A program made the position numbers and the translations under genes. The notes beneath the pieces were generated by a model. That model saw only the letters and a program-made list of their open reading frames with translations. It was not told the origin of the DNA and made no database searches. DNA of 63,799 bases, filler included, from Octopus bimaculoides (lineage: Eukaryota): assembly GCF_001194135.2 (NCBI RefSeq). It is 5 parts of 5 records of this genome, joined end to end, with 100 filler letters (N's around TTAATTAATTAA, not from the genome) between each part and the next. Parts side by side here need not be neighbours in the genome. Positions count along the whole stretch, not along the records: positions 26,851 to 58,679 come from NC_068991.1; 4 more parts are not named here. One strand, 5' to 3'. This document shows positions 42,038 to 56,583 of this stretch, in pieces (the stretch's first letter is position 1; every line of letters starts with the position of its first letter).

Positions 42038-43758
42038 CTGAAAAATGAGAAGAAAATAGCAAAATTCATAAGTTACATTGAAAATTGTTATTGTTATTTT
42101 ATATTTGCACAACAAAGAAGAATTCCTAACATTGGCCTACAACAAGTAACCTTAGATGCCAAGAATCTTCCTAAGTATTCTAGCGGTCCCTAGTAATAAT
42201 GTTTTCTGGAGGTGCAGAATAATGTTTTCTGTAATAATGTTTTCTGTTCAAATCTTTAGGGATAGTTCCCAATGCATCTATAAGTACAAGGATACATTTT
42301 ACCCACACTTTCCATGGCCTCTGTAATTCAATATCTATGTCCTGGTACTATTTTCTCTATACCTTTCATATTGACTTTCTCATCATTTGGGACTGTAAAA
42401 TCAGTTATCTGGTACTTTTTTTTTTGTCTACTACTACTAAATCGGGTCTTCTAAGTGGTAAGCTGATAGAATCATTAAAATGTTGGACAAAATGCATAGC
42501 AGCTTTTGATCCATCTTTATATTTGAGCTCAAATTCCGCCAAGGTCAGCTTTGCTTTACATCCTTCAGGGTTGATAAAATAAATTGAGCACTGCAGTTGA
42601 TATAACCAAACTTACCCATTTCCTGTGCCAAAATTTGAAATTATTATTATCGTTACTACTATTACTACTACTAAAATGGCAAGCTGGCAGAATCACTAGC
42701 ATGCTGGACTAAATGCTTAGCAGCATTTCATCCATCTTTACATTCTGAGTTCAAATTTGCCTTTCATCCTTTCATGGTCAATGAAAAAAGTACCAGTGGT
42801 GTGCTAGAGTCAATCTAATTGACTACTCATTTCCACCAAAATTTCAGGCCTTGTGCCTCAGCTGGCAGAATTGTTAACACACTGGACAAAGTGCTTAGTA
42901 GAGGAGGAGGAGGAGGAGTGGTTGCCATATTGCCTAAAGCCACTGGATTCCCTACCAAACACTGCAGTTTTTCACCAAGCTCCCTAAATAACTAACATAC
43001 TACAATCCAAATTAACACCCACCACATGATGGTGTATACAGAAAATCATGTACTTCACTAATTTTCAAAGAGCAACATAACAGACCTACAATTAATATTA
43101 TTTTAGCCATAAGGTGGCAAGTAGGTAGAATTGTTAGCATGCTAGGCAAAATGCTTAGCAGTATTTCGTCTGTCTTAACATTCTCATTTCAAATTCTAGT
43201 ATGGTCGACTTTGCCTTTCATCCTTTTGAGGTCGATAAAATAAGTACCAGTTGTAAATGACATACCCACTTCCCCAAAATTTCTGACCCTGTGCCAAAAT
43301 TTGAAATCAGTATCATTCTAGCCATGATCACAATCCATTTTCCCCACCAAACAATTTCATTTAATGTGTTCGTTGTTTTTTTAAGATAGTTTGATGTGAT
43401 CTGAAGGAAATTTGGATGCTATTTCTAGCAGTTTAAGTGACCATATAGAGACTCCCTTATTGTCTTGAGAAATCAATTGTAACTGTTACTGCCCAGTCTA
43501 CCCAGCTGTAAATAGGACTTAGGCTCATTAAGCGAGAAATTGTCTCAATTTCTATGGCATATTCAATACCCACCCACTAAATGGGATACCAGTCCCTCAT
43601 AGGGTTAATCTCCACCCAACTCCCTAGCTGTTGCTGGTACACATTTCCAGCTGAGTGGAGAGGAACTACATGAAATAAAATGTTTTACTCCAGAACAGAA
43701 CACACCATTCAGCCTGGGAATCAAAACCACAGCCTTATGATTGTGAGCCCGACTAGGC

Positions 43759-44095
43759 CAATGATTCTCAACCATTTTCTACCTATGGACCTCTTTGACT
43801 ACTTTTTTACTCTCGTGGAGCCTCATAACCATTTGATGTGTAAAAACTAGTTTTATAGATACTTCTTCCAAAATTCTTATTTTGCTTTTCACACATTAAC
43901 TTATGTAGGTTGAAGTATGTAAAGCGTTAGAGAAAGAAATTTAGCTGTTTTTTGCAATAAATACATCCAAAGCAAAACGTCTATATGGACCCATAAAATA
44001 CTACTGTGGATCTCCAATTTATTATTTTGCTTGCATTGACACCCAGAACTCTATGGACTTCAAGAGGTCATATGGACTCTGGTTGAGAACCGCTG
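43759..44095. mobile_element. hAT/Charlie-like MITE
   Basis: caatgattctcaacc ... ggttgagaaccgctg TIRs; partial 8-bp TSD gactaggc/aaccaggc. Confidence 0.7.
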
Positions 44096-44242
44096 AACCA
44101 GGCCATGAACCTAGCAAATGGAGGCTAAAAACAGTCACCTGTCTATGGTACCTCATTCACGAGCTGAGTTTGTCTTCTGTTAGTGATCTACCTTTTAAAA
44201 ATAGCAACTAAATTTCCTTCAAGTCACAGCCTACTATTTTAA

Positions 44243-44458
44243 CCCCTTAGCATACAGATTATTTTGTCAAATGTAATATTTATCCATGTTGCTTTGAATT
44301 AATTACGCATTATCTCATAGCCTTGAGATTTCATTGATGTGATTGTTTACTTTTAGTATGACATTGTAGGGTATGTGTGAGAGACCAGATTTGGCTAATT
44401 TGAGCATTAAACAAGTAGAATATTTTGGCAAGATATGGCCAGATTAAATGCTAAAGGG
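44243..44458. mobile_element. piggyBac-like MITE
   Basis: TTAA|cccttagcat ... atgctaaaggg|TTAA. Confidence 0.75.
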
Positions 44459-45398
44459 TTAAAATAAAAAAACAGATACTTTGGACAGTGTAGTCTTGAT
44501 ATACAAAAACAAAGGACTGGAGGGTCATTGTTGGAACACTGTTTGTCAGAGATTGGTTGAATCCAAACAAAGTCAGAGTTAAGCAACAGCAGCAGCAACA
44601 ACGACAACAACAAAAATAGTAACAATAACAGGAACAACAACAATGATAATAACACTAATAACAAAAACAGGAACAATAACAAAAGCAACAACTAGGTGAG
44701 GTTGTCTGCTGCAAAACACTTTTTTTTTAACCTCTTGAATACCAGAACTTTGTAACAAAATTTTTTAAAAAAGTATAAAAGAAACAAAGAAAAAAAGAAA
44801 CAAAAGATAAAAAGAAAAATCTAAGTTCTAGTTTGTTTAACAGCTGTGGTTTCTGCTTGGGTGGCCATCTACAGTTCAGAGAAATCTAATACATATTATT
44901 TATTCATTCAGTTGAAGTATACAGACCTAATTCTAACACAAAATTTAATTTCTCTCCAAAATTTATTTATTTATTTTTTTATAGATTACCTCCCCCACAT
45001 CACCACCACCACCACCACCACATTCCACTCCCCTCCAATGTCATCGATATTCATCTTTCTACTGATTCCAGTTAAAACAAGTTTCTTCGGATTCTTTGCC
45101 CCTCCACACACCACACCCGCCCATCCACCCATGCATGCGCTAACAGCCATTGATTAGGCTACAGCATGTGAGCAATGATAAATCAATATTGAAATAGTTT
45201 GAATTAGGAGGTGGGTAGAGAGAAAAGAAACAAAAATATTAATTTGATTTACATATGTATTAATATTATATTTAGTAGTATTGTTCCAATAAAATAAATT
45301 TTCAATATTAGTAGTATTATTATCATTAACAATAACTTTATTATCATGATGTTTAAAGAAAAAAATCTAATTAGATAAAAGGATAAAAGACATCATCA

Positions 45399-45438
<40 letters not shown>

Positions 45439-45454
45439 CATCATTATTATTATT

Positions 45455-46022
45455 AAGGCAGCAAGCTGGCAGAATCGTCAGCATGCTGGAAAAATTGCTT
45501 AATAGCATTTCATCCATCTGTATGCCGAGGTCAACTTTGCCTTTCATCCTTTTGGGATTTGATAAATAAGCACCAGTTGAGTACTGGGGTTAATGTAATC
45601 AACTATGCCTATCCCCCAAAATTTCAGGCATTGTACCTATGGTAGAAAGTATTATTATCATTATTTTTATTATGACAATAAGCTGGTAGAATCATTAGCA
45701 CCCTGGACAAAATGGTATTCCTTCTGGCATTTATGTACCAAGTTCAAATTCCACTGAGGTTAGCTTTGCCTTTCATTCTTCCATGCTAGATAAGATAAAT
45801 ACCAGCCAAGCTCTGGGGTTAATGTAATCAATGACTTCCCTCTCCTAAAATTACTGGCCTTGTGCCAAAATTTGAAAGAATTATTATTATAATGGTTGAG
45901 GCCCACTTTGCCTTTCATCCTTTCGGGGTCAATAAAATAAGTACCAGTCAAGTACTAGGGGTCAATGTAATTGACTATCCCACTCCTCAAAAATTTCAGG
46001 CCTTGTACCTATAATAGAAAGG

Positions 46023-46078
<56 letters not shown>
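45455..46078 (+). mobile_element. SINE cluster, 3-4 family A copies head-to-tail
   Basis: Repeated gcctttcatcc...gtaccag...aaatttcaggc...gaaaggattatt units, each ending in (tat)n. Confidence 0.75.
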
Positions 46079-47202
46079 GTCTTCTCATGTGTTACCCATA
46101 TGGCCGTAGTCTCTGGCACACCATCAGTTATGACAACAAAGGTTCCAGCTGATCCAATCAATGGAATGGCCTACTGGTGAAATTAATGTGCAAGGGCTGA
46201 GCACTCCACAGACACATGTACACTTAACATTATTGTCAAGGAGATTCAAAGTGACACAGAATGTGACAAGGCTGGTTCTTTGAATTACAAGTACTACTCA
46301 TTCTTTCCAGCTGAGATGATTGGAGCAACATGAAATAACATGTCTTGCTCAAGGACACAATGCACCACAGGGAATCAAACACACGACCTTATGATTGTGA
46401 GCCAAATGCCCTAACCACTAAGTCATGTACATTCACAATATTACCAATGGCAATATACAAGAACAACATCAACCACCACCACCACCATCATCATTATCAT
46501 CATCATCATAATCATCATCATTGTTATTAATACTGTTATTATTGAAGTTGATGTGTTGAAAACCTATATTTTAACACAATTGTCTAAAATTGAAAAATAG
46601 ATATAAATAATGTTAACATCTCGATACAGTTATTGATATGGCAAACAGTCTCAAATATGTTTCTATGCCACTGGAGGAATTGATTTTTCTATTGAATTCA
46701 AGAGAGTTGTAGTAGAAGTAGACTTTAATAAAAAAGCACAACACAGATGCCAGTAATATGGGCAAAAATAAAGAGCTCAATCATTAACACTTAATTATAG
46801 CTTTTTTTCTCAAAAATTTTAATCAGCTATACATATGACTAGTGAAGGTACATAATGTAGTGGTGAGGGTGTAAAACTCAGTATCATAAAGCTTCAGGTT
46901 TGATTCCTAGACAGGACAATGCATTGTGTTTTTGATCATGTTTTTCCAGTCTTTCCAGCTATAGTGAGCACCAGTCAAGTACTGGTGTAGTCCTCTCTCT
47001 CTCTCTTTCTTCAGCTGGAGTCCCATTTCCTGACCGAAATAATTAGCACAAAAAATAACAGCTAATTATCCTATAATAATGATAATAGCAGTGATGGCAA
47101 CAATGATGATGTCGATAACAATAACCTCATGATGGCAATGTCAATGCTGATGATTACTCTGATGACATCAATGATGATGATCAGGATAATGTTGGTACTT
47201 AC

Positions 47203-47290
47203 TGTTTCAACTTGTTCAAACAGTAGAGGTCGATTCTTCAAACGATGGTAAATATCTTGAAGCTCCTTCAAGTAATCCTGTTGCTGTTTT
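47203..47290 (-). CDS. FAM161A: FAM161A/B-like gene, internal coding exon (88 nt, phase 2 to 0)
   Basis: Acceptor ttgtgtag|A with a CTAAT branch-like site upstream, and donor ACA|gtaagt. Encodes KQQQDYLKELQDIYHRLKNRPLLFEQVET, matching the FAM161 C-terminal motif (human FAM161A recalled as EYQRELEEREEKLKKRPLLFERVAQ). A versus B paralog cannot be resolved. Confidence 0.88.
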
Positions 47291-48668
47291 CTACACAATT
47301 ATAATGGTAAAACATTAGAACAATATGCATTGCTATTCTGCATTTTAAACAAGCTGTCCTCAACTGACCTTACAATGAAACTAAACTATTGTTATACTGC
47401 TGCAGCTCCCAATCAAGAGCTCAGGATATAATTCCAAAACAGTCACAAAACAAAATTCTTTTGGTTTCATTACATCCCTGTGATTTAACAGTTTGGCAAA
47501 AGAGACTGACAAAATAAGTACTGGAGTTGATTTGTTTGACTAAACCCTTCAAGGCAGTGCTGCAGTGTGGTTGCAGTCTAAGACAAACAAAAGATGTAAG
47601 ATGTTTTACAATAAGTCATAAGAGCAATGATATGGGCCACAGCACAACATTAAGTAGAAAAAAAAACATAGAAATATTTGAGTCAAAGAGAAAGCCTCCA
47701 TGTGGTTGCTTGATCTGCTAGAAATAGTAAGCAAATCTCTATTTCATCAATATTTGCATTTATGTATCTTTTCATTTTACCCAGGACCTACCAACCCTCT
47801 ATGATAAATCTTGTACTTCAATACACATGGCCTGTTTTTCTATGCAGTGGACTATTTGGCTAGCTCATTTGGTCTGTTTTGATTACAACATTTTGGATTC
47901 CATCCAATTGACATAAGATAATTATAGTACTGATTCTAATACAATCATTCCATGAGGCACTACAGACAGTACAAGAAGCAGTTTGTATAAATTTGTCAAA
48001 ATGAAATATATTTTCAAGGTTGGATTCGATATAACAATGCTGGAATTTCTAGTCTTGTAGACATTCAGCTTGGTGTCAATTTCTTACATTTGCTTGTATT
48101 ATTTACTCATATACATTATATCTTAATATATAAAATACTAGGTCACATGTCAATTTTATTGTTTGCTTATTGTATTCCTTCTTTCTGTGAAACTGAAAAA
48201 GCAATGATTGTACAAAGAGAGGAGAAAGATGAGAGAGAAAGAAAGATAAATTGGATAGATAAATAGGTATGTAGAAGATTGATAGTAGTTTATTGTGGCT
48301 CCGCTTTTTGTAAAACTAGAAGGAGAAAGCAATGACTGTGCTGAGAGAGGAGAAAGAAAGAAAGAGAGGGGGGAAGTATAATAATGGCAGATAAATTAGA
48401 TAGATAAATAGGTAGAAAAGTGACAGGATAGGAGAGGCAGAGAAAGAAGTACTTACCAGTTTGTGAGACAAGCAATCATATGAGCAAATAGTGAAATATA
48501 GAGTAGGGAAGGGAAATGAGTGAGATGGAAAAAGATAAAGTAAGAGAAAAACAGTGGAAAGAAAATAAACTATACAATTCAGAGGGATAAATAGAGAGGT
48601 AATATGATAAAATAAGAGATAGACATAGAATTGATAATGATATCAGGGTTTTGCTGCAAGGGGGAATG

Positions 48669-48747
<79 letters not shown>

Positions 48748-49609
48748 CTGAGAAATGAAGAGAAATGAAGAGAAATGACAGAGGCAGATTTTGACTGAGA
48801 CAAAATAGTGAGGAGGGGTATACACACACACAAACAAACACACACACACACATCTTGAAAGAGAGGGAAGAGAGAGTGATTGCCCGGGAGGAATACAAAT
48901 AAGTGAGTGAGAATAGTGAACAAAAGTTAAAAGAATAGAAATAAGTGAATGAAGGCAAGACATAATACATGAAGAAAATGGAACAAGGCTTGAAGCAAAA
49001 AAAAATTAAGAATTATTAAACAGAAAACAGAAATAAATACCATCATTTTGACAAATATTGTACTTTTACATACATTCACTGACATATATATATATATATA
49101 TATATATATACAAATGTGTGTGTGTGTGCATGTTTGGGCGCGTGTGACTCTGTGTGTGTGTGTGTAGATGCAGGTTTGTCTGCGTTGTTAAAAAGTTTAC
49201 TTCCCAACCACATGGTTACAATTTCAGTTCCACTAGATGGCATCTTAAATTAAGTTTTCTATTATAGCCCCGGGCTGACTAAAGCCAGTGAATGTATTTG
49301 GTAGATGGTATATGTATATATGTAAGTGTGTGTCTGTTTGTTACTGTCTCTGTCTTGATACTGCATAATAGTTGTAAGAGTGTCACTGTCATCCAAGCAG
49401 TGACCTTCATTTCCGTTCTTCCATGAAAAGATGTCTGGTCATGGGGAAATATTACCTTTTACTTGGAAACAGGCAAGCACTGGTGACATGGAAGGGCATC
49501 TGGCCATAGAAAATTCATCTCGACAAATTCTGTCTGACCCATGCAAGCATGGAAAAGTGCACATTAAAATGACGATGGTGATTACATTTATATATATATA
49601 TACATATTT

Positions 49610-50160
49610 CCTCAAATGTCAGTGGGGAGCCTTAGAAACAGTAGACAGTTTCCGTTATTTATGCGAGCAAGTTAACAATGGTAGAGGTTGTTCTGAAAGC
49701 ATAGCTGCTAGAATGAGAATAGACTGGGTAAAGTTCAGAGAGCTACTACCTCTATTAGTAACAAAGGACCTCTCCCTCAGAGCAAAAGACAGATTGTATG
49801 ATGCCTCTGTACAAACAGCTATGCTACATGGAAGTGAAACATGGGCAGTGACTGCTGAGGACATATGATGGCTTGAAAGAAATGAAGCCAGTATGTTCCA
49901 CTGGAAGGATAATGTTGTTGTGTATATACAACAGAGTGTAAGTGATTTGAGAAAAAAAAACTGGATATACAGGGCATCAGATGTAGTGTGCAAAAGAGAA
50001 GACTGCAATAGTACAGTCATGTGATGTATATGAATGGAGACAGTTGCATCAAGAAGGGGTAGACTCAAGAAGACATGGGACAGAGTGGTGAGAAAGGATC
50101 TTAGAGGACTGAGACTTCTGGTAGTTTGTTGTGCTTGAGAAGACATGTCAAGCTAAATAT
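49610..50160 (+). mobile_element. RTE-like LINE 3' fragment
   Basis: LETVDSFRYL...GCSESIAARMRIDWVKFRELLPLL...LYDASVQTAMLHGSETW. Confidence 0.85.
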
Positions 50161-50488
50161 ATTTTTGGTCATCCTTGCATACAGGCATGTCTCCAGCATC
50201 CCCTCTTCAGCTAAGCATTCTTAATGTTTCAGGCTCATGGATGCCAGTGCTATATAAAAAGCATCCATGCCCATGCCATATAAAAAGCAACTGTGCCAGT
50301 ACCACATGAAAACATCTGTGCTGGTGCTGCATAAGAACACCCAGTACACTCTGTAAAGTGATTGGCATTAGGAAAGGCATCCAGCTGGAGAAACCATGCA
50401 AAAACAGATATGGAGCCTGGGCAGCTCTCCAGCTGACCAGCTCCTGTCAAATTATCCAACTCATACCAGCATGAAAAGCAGACATTAA

Positions 50489-50520
<32 letters not shown>

Positions 50521-50579
50521 ATATATGTATGTATATACATGTGTGTGTGTGCGTGTGTGTGTGTGTGTATACCCACAAT

Positions 50580-50784
50580 AATTGTATGTGCGTTTGTTGT
50601 TTACATATATATACGAGATATTACTTTTATACATATTGATGAAGTTACACTACAACAAAATTTTAGTTGAAGAAAGGGTGTATATGATAAATACCATAAC
50701 TAGATACAGAGAATAACATGTAACATACAATGTAACTAGGTTATGACATCATCGTCTTAACTACATAAACCATGCCTGCATGCA

Positions 50785-50815
<31 letters not shown>

Positions 50816-51030
50816 AATACATACAAACATACATACATACATACAATATTACATATATGTAAATTAGGTCATTTTGAAATTCCACGTAAATCATTCAACT
50901 TTCATGAATTGTTTCACCAATTTGGAATTAGTGCCAAAATATATAAACAAACAACCATACAAACAAGTAAGTAAACAAACCTATAAATTACTAAATAAAT
51001 AAAACCCTTCTCGGCAGGAGGAGTTACAAA
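50580..51030 (+). mobile_element. Pearl/HINE-like element
   Basis: Internal (acat)n and (aaac)n, with a terminal 'aacccttctcggcaggaggagtta' palindrome-like end. Confidence 0.35.
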
Positions 51031-51899
51031 AATTTGCAAATAAGACTGTCACAAGCTCAGAGATGCATTTGAAAGGGAAAAGTAGCAGGGAAAGCTGAAC
51101 TCTTGTGTGTATATGGATAGGGGTTGTTTGAAATAGTTGTCAGAGGTCAAAATGCAGGACACACAAATGCGTCTCTAATTATGTTATAATAAAGTAGTCA
51201 TTTAACATGGAAAGGAGATTTGATTTCCTAGCTGTAAAAGTCAAACTGTTAGTCATTTATATGGTTGTTGTTGTTGTTGTTTAGTACTAAGCCAGTCCTG
51301 GTTAAGCAAATCTATGATCAAAAGCATTCTATCCATGACCATCCATTTTTACTTTTTTTTTTTTTTCAGGATTACATTATTCAATGTAGTTTACTCCTTT
51401 TTGAAGAGAGCAGGGTATCGTTTGAGGGAAATTTTGACGCTATTTCTAGCTCATTGAGCAACCATGTTGAGGCAGCCCTCAGTGGCTCATAATTGCCTGC
51501 CTGTTTATTTGTTAATTGAGTAATTTATTTATCTTTACCATTCAGTCATGAAAGAAATAGCAGCACCCCAATCCTCTATTTTCTCCAAGGTACCTGAGAC
51601 AGTGGGGAAGAAAAAAGGATGTTAGCTTCAAACTAGAGATCTGACCTGAGTACCAACAACATGGTGAGCTCCCCTAGAGGTACCCAAGGTACAAGGTGTT
51701 GGTATTAAACCTTTTGATGGATTAAGTCTGCTATTTTAGCCAGATTCCCAGGTATTGGTGGTGGGAGGGCTAAAGTTGGCGGGGATGGTAGTTATAGTCA
51801 TGATGGGACATACAGGTATGATAGGATGTACATCCTTTCATATGGGCAAGGATTAAAAATTTCACTACTGCTGTTCAGGTAGATGCCTTGGAGCTGAGA

Positions 51900-52180
51900 G
51901 TAATATGGCTCTTTCAGAATAAATATTGCCAGATATCATATCCTGACTCTCTAACACTCTAACAATACCTCCACTGTAAGAGAACAGTATTCAGAGATGT
52001 TAAACAAAACGGATTGTACTGTAGCACAAAACAGGCATAATTTTAGGTCACATGACAGTTGTGATGCTTTCCAAATTGTCCATAGTTTGTCAAATGTTGA
52101 CCATGTTATTGCCTTACAAATGTTAACGTCTGTGATGGTAGAGTGCATATGACAGCCCATGTAGCAGAAATTAGCACATA
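51900..52180 (-). mobile_element. RTE-like LINE fragment (second family)
   Basis: KAITWSTFDKLWTIWKA...LKLCLFCATVQSVLF resembles the post-RT region of RTE-type elements. Confidence 0.6.
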
Positions 52181-55100
52181 AATTTGACTTCTGTGCAAGG
52201 CTTTTAACACCTCTTATGCCATTTACATCTTTGAGTCATTAGACTGTGGCCATGCTAAGGCACTGCCTTGGAGAATTTTTACTCAAATGGATTGACNNNN
52301 NNNNNNCCCCCCCAGTACTTATTTTTTTAAAAGCCTGGTACTAATTCTGTTGGTCTCTTTTACCAAACCATGAAGTTATAGTGATGTAAACACAGTCTAC
52401 CAAATCCACTCACAAGGCTTTGGATGACCTGAGGCTATAGTAGAAGACATCTGTCCAAGGTGTCACACAGGGAACTGAACCTGGAACCATGTAGTTGGGA
52501 AGCAAGCTTCTTATCACACAGCCACACCTGCACTGAATCTACATGGATCTTTACTGCCTGTCAGTCAGATAATAAAACTAAGGTGGCTAAAATTCGCAGA
52601 CCAATATCTTCGTTGATCATTGAACAGATCAACATGTCACTGCACTTTTTTTCTGTAGCCCCAATGTGGATGTTCAAATTTGGAGGTCAGACCTACATGA
52701 CACATGTCCATGAATTCATACAGAACACAAAATTGTGCCCTGTCTCAGAATTGGCATGCACAGTGTCATCTAACAGCCTGGAAGGAAAGTTGCTCCTGAG
52801 TTCAAGTTGACATCCACAAGTGATGAGGTGTAGACAAAAGAAGGACAATAACGCCAATCCACCACCCTTGACTGATGTCTTCTGACCTAACCCGACCACC
52901 ACCACCACAACCACTACTCAATGTAACACTTTCTTTTCTTAAAGTCAATACTAAAACACTATTTTACCACCCGGCTAACACACTGAGTTCAGTAAGTGCA
53001 GGCATGGCTGTTTGCTTAAGCTCACTTTGCAACCAAGTGATTTGGAGTTCAGTCCCACTGCATGTCACCTTAGGCAAGTGTTTTCTACTGTAGCCCCAGG
53101 CCAACCAATCAATACCTTATGAGTGCACTTGGTAAATGTAAACTGTGTGGAAGACTGTCATGTGTGTGTGTGTGTGTCCTTGTTTTTGTCCCACCACCAC
53201 CACCATGGCTTGAAATTGGTGTTGGTCTGTTTACATCCCTGTAATTTAGTGATTTAGCAAAAGAAACTGATAGAATAAATATCAGACTTACAAGAGAAAA
53301 GAAAAAAAAACAATAATCCTTTCCGACATAAATCAATCCATATCAACCAATGACCTGTAACCATCTAAGAAGATCTTAACCCTGCCAACTTAATTATTAT
53401 GTTACCTCATGTCCCATGTCTGTTCTACAACATATCCTATAAATATACACAGACCAACAAGGACATCAAATTCCTCTCAGACTGTTCTTTGCTATCTTCA
53501 AAAAAAAAAAACACAAGGAAAACTCATTAGATAATGCAATCAGAGATAATGCTGTGCCTGAAGAAAGGAAAAAATAAGATGGTCACCCTAAGACCGTCTT
53601 TGATCATTGGTCAGTTTAATGAATCAGAGTATTGTTGTAAATAACAACAACAATCTATAAATGCTGGCCAGCTCCCCCTCCTCCCCTCACCCCCTTCATT
53701 CCTTCCTGTCCCCTTTTCCCTCTTCTTCTGTCTTCCTCCCACCTCTTCTTTCATTTCCCTCAGCCTCTTCCTTCCCTGTCCTTCCTCTCCTCTTTCCCCT
53801 CTTCTTCTCTCTTCCTTCTTTTTCTTCCCTTGTCTTTTCCTTTACCTACCCTGTCCTCCTCTCCTCTTCTTCATCTTCAGCGAGCAAATAAATTCTCATC
53901 CTTCATTACAATCATGAGACAGCAACCATAGCAACCTCTAATTGCATACAGGACAACTTGATATAAAACTGTGTAAGCTTACAACATTATAATAAGATAA
54001 TGTCAGTGAAGACCATTCCACAACACATGAAGTCTCTACACTTGCATAGAGGTATCATTCCCCTATACTGCTAACACAGACAGGCCACTGTTAAATTTCT
54101 GAAACTGTCAACATAGTTTTCATAGACATTTTCCAATTGTTTTTCAATGCTGTTTTTAAATCAAGCAGGAGGATTAATAAGGTGATAAAGTAGTGCTGTT
54201 TGAAATAGGTGACAGATGTCTAATGGTTAAATGATTAACCATTATAATCATGATCACTCTAGCTGGAAAAAATATAATTTGCAGCAGATGTCTCTAATTT
54301 AGCTAACAAACAGACATAGCAACTATAACTGCATGTTATTATCCTAAACAAAATTCATTGCACCTACACGTTTGATACTCTCTCTCTTTTTCTCTTTCAT
54401 TAACTCTAAGTTAGCATGATCAATGGTGAGTTGGGATAAAAAGAGAGAGCAGTCACTATTTTCTCATATCTGCCATCTTCAATGAACACAGTTTTTGAAT
54501 AAACGTTTGGCCACTTAATATCCAGTGTGAAACAAATTGATAAGATTAATTGCAATGGATCTAAGATACTATACTTTGACGAACATATATATATATATAT
54601 ATATANNNNNNNNNNNNNNNNNNNNNNNNNNNNNNNNNNNNNNNNNNNNNNNNNNNNNNNNNNNNNNNNNNNNNNNNNNNNNNNNNNNNNNNNNNNNNNN
54701 NNNNNNNNNNNNNNNNNNNNNNNNNNNNNNNNNNNNNNNNNNNNNNNNNNNNNNNNNNNNNNNNNNNNNNNNNNNNNNNNNNNNNNNNNNNNNNNNNNNN
54801 NNNNNNNNNNNNNNNNNNNNNNNNNNNNNNNNNNNNNNNNNNNNNNNNNNNNNNNNNNNNNNNNNNNNNNNNNNNNNNNNNNNNNNNNNNNNNNNNNNNN
54901 NNNNNNNNNNNNNNNNNNNNNNNNNNNNNNNNNNNNNNNNNNNNNNNNNNNNNNNNNNNNNNNNNNNNNNNNNNNNNNNNNNNNNNNNNNNNNNNNNNNN
55001 NNNNNNNNNNNNNNNNNNNNNNNNNNNNNNNNNNNNNNNNNNNNNNNNNNNNNNNNNNNNNNNNNNNNNNNNNNNNNNNNNNNNNNNNNNNNNNNNNNNN

Positions 55101-55466
55101 NNNNNNNNNNNNNNNNNNNNNNNNNNNNNNNNNNNNNNNNNNNNNNNNNNNNNNNNNNNNNNNNNNNNNNNNNNNNNNNNNNNNNNNNNNNNNNNNNNNN
55201 NNNNNNNNNNNNNNNNNNNNNNNNNNNNNNNNNNNNNNNNNNNNNNNNNNNNNNNNNNNNNNNNNNNNNNNNNNNNNNNNNNNNNNNNNNNNNNNNNNNN
55301 NNNNNNNNNNNNNNNNNNNNNNNNNNNNNNNNNNNNNNNNNNNNNNNNNNNNNNNNNNNNNNNNNNNNNNNNNNNNNNNNNNNNNNNNNNNNNNNNNNNN
55401 NNNNNNNNNNNNNNNNNNNNNNNNNNNNNNNNNNNNNNNNNNNNNNNNNNNNNNNNNNNNNNNNNN

Positions 55467-56220
55467 TGTGTGAAAAAGTGCCACACCCTAGCAGTTGAGG
55501 GAACCTGTGGAAGAGGTAGGCCCAGGAAGTCCTGGGATGAGGTGTTGAGGCACGACCTTCGAACATTGGGCCTCACCGAGGCGATGACTTCTGACCAAGA
55601 CCTTTTGAAATATGCTGTGCATGAGAAGACCTGGCAAGTCAAGTGAGACCTAAATTCAAGGCCTCTGCCAGGGGTGTAGCCAGCCTACTTATGCATACCT
55701 TTCCTTCATTGGACACTAAACTCCACTCGTGAAGGCCTGTTGAGGCAAGTGAAATCAAAATCGAACTAAATTCGACAACTGGCACCCATGCCAATGTCGT
55801 CTCCTTCATTGGACACGAAACTCAGCTTGTGAAGACCTGTTGGGGCAAGCGAAAGTGAAATCGTGATGGCACCTGTGCCCAGCGTCGTCTTCCTGGCACT
55901 TGTGCCGGTGGCATGTGTAAAGACATTCGAGCGAGACCGTTGCCAGTGCCACTGGACTGGCTCCTGTGCAAGTGGCACGTAAAATATACCATTTTGAGCA
56001 TGGCCGTTGCTAGTACCACCTGACTGGCCTTCGTGCCGGTGGCACGTAAAAGCACCCACTACACTCTTGGAGTGGTTGGCGTTAGGAAGGGCATCCAGCT
56101 GTAGAAACTCTGCCAAATCAGATTAGAGCCTGGTGTAGCCATCTGGTTCACCAGTCCTCAGTCAAATCGTCCAACCCATGCTAGCATGGAAAGCAGACGT
56201 TAAACGATGATGATGATGAT
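55467..56220 (+). mobile_element. Relatively young RTE-like LINE 3' end and UTR with (GAT)n tail
   Basis: VEGTCGRGRPRKSWDEV (GRP..W motif), CpGs retained, ends aaacgatgatgatgat. Confidence 0.8.
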
Positions 56221-56343
56221 ATATATATATATGTATTATATGTATGTATGTGTGTGTGTGTGTAAGTCATCTAAGAGTCTATAAGTCAGGAAAAAATGCA
56301 TTCATATCTCTGTCAGTAGAGTGGGTATATTAGTTAAAATGTA

Positions 56344-56583
56344 CAGTATTATATATCCATTACAGCCAATCTTACCAATCAATTTCGGGCTAAGGATTCA
56401 ATGTAGTGTTAGGTAACAGTCTGATTATGTAACTCTGCACTCATCAGAGGTAGTCATATTTCATTCCATAACAGCTACCACTAATGAGCGCAAGGTTACA
56501 TAATTTGACTGTTACCTAACACTCTGTTGAATGCCTAGTGCAAAACCAATTGGTAAGATTGCCATAATGAATATATGATACTG
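56344..56583. mobile_element. Fold-back MITE (Tc1/pogo-like ends) with ~110-bp arms and 21-nt loop
   Basis: TA|cagtatt ... gatactg|TA. Arms 56344-56453 and 56475-56583 are about 80% identical as reverse complements. Confidence 0.65.

Noticed and set aside
54406-55646. Longest ORF-track entries (300-386 aa), and similar ones at 8.3, 13.8, 24.1, 25.2 and 40.8 kb
   Set aside because: They consist mostly of X from N gaps.
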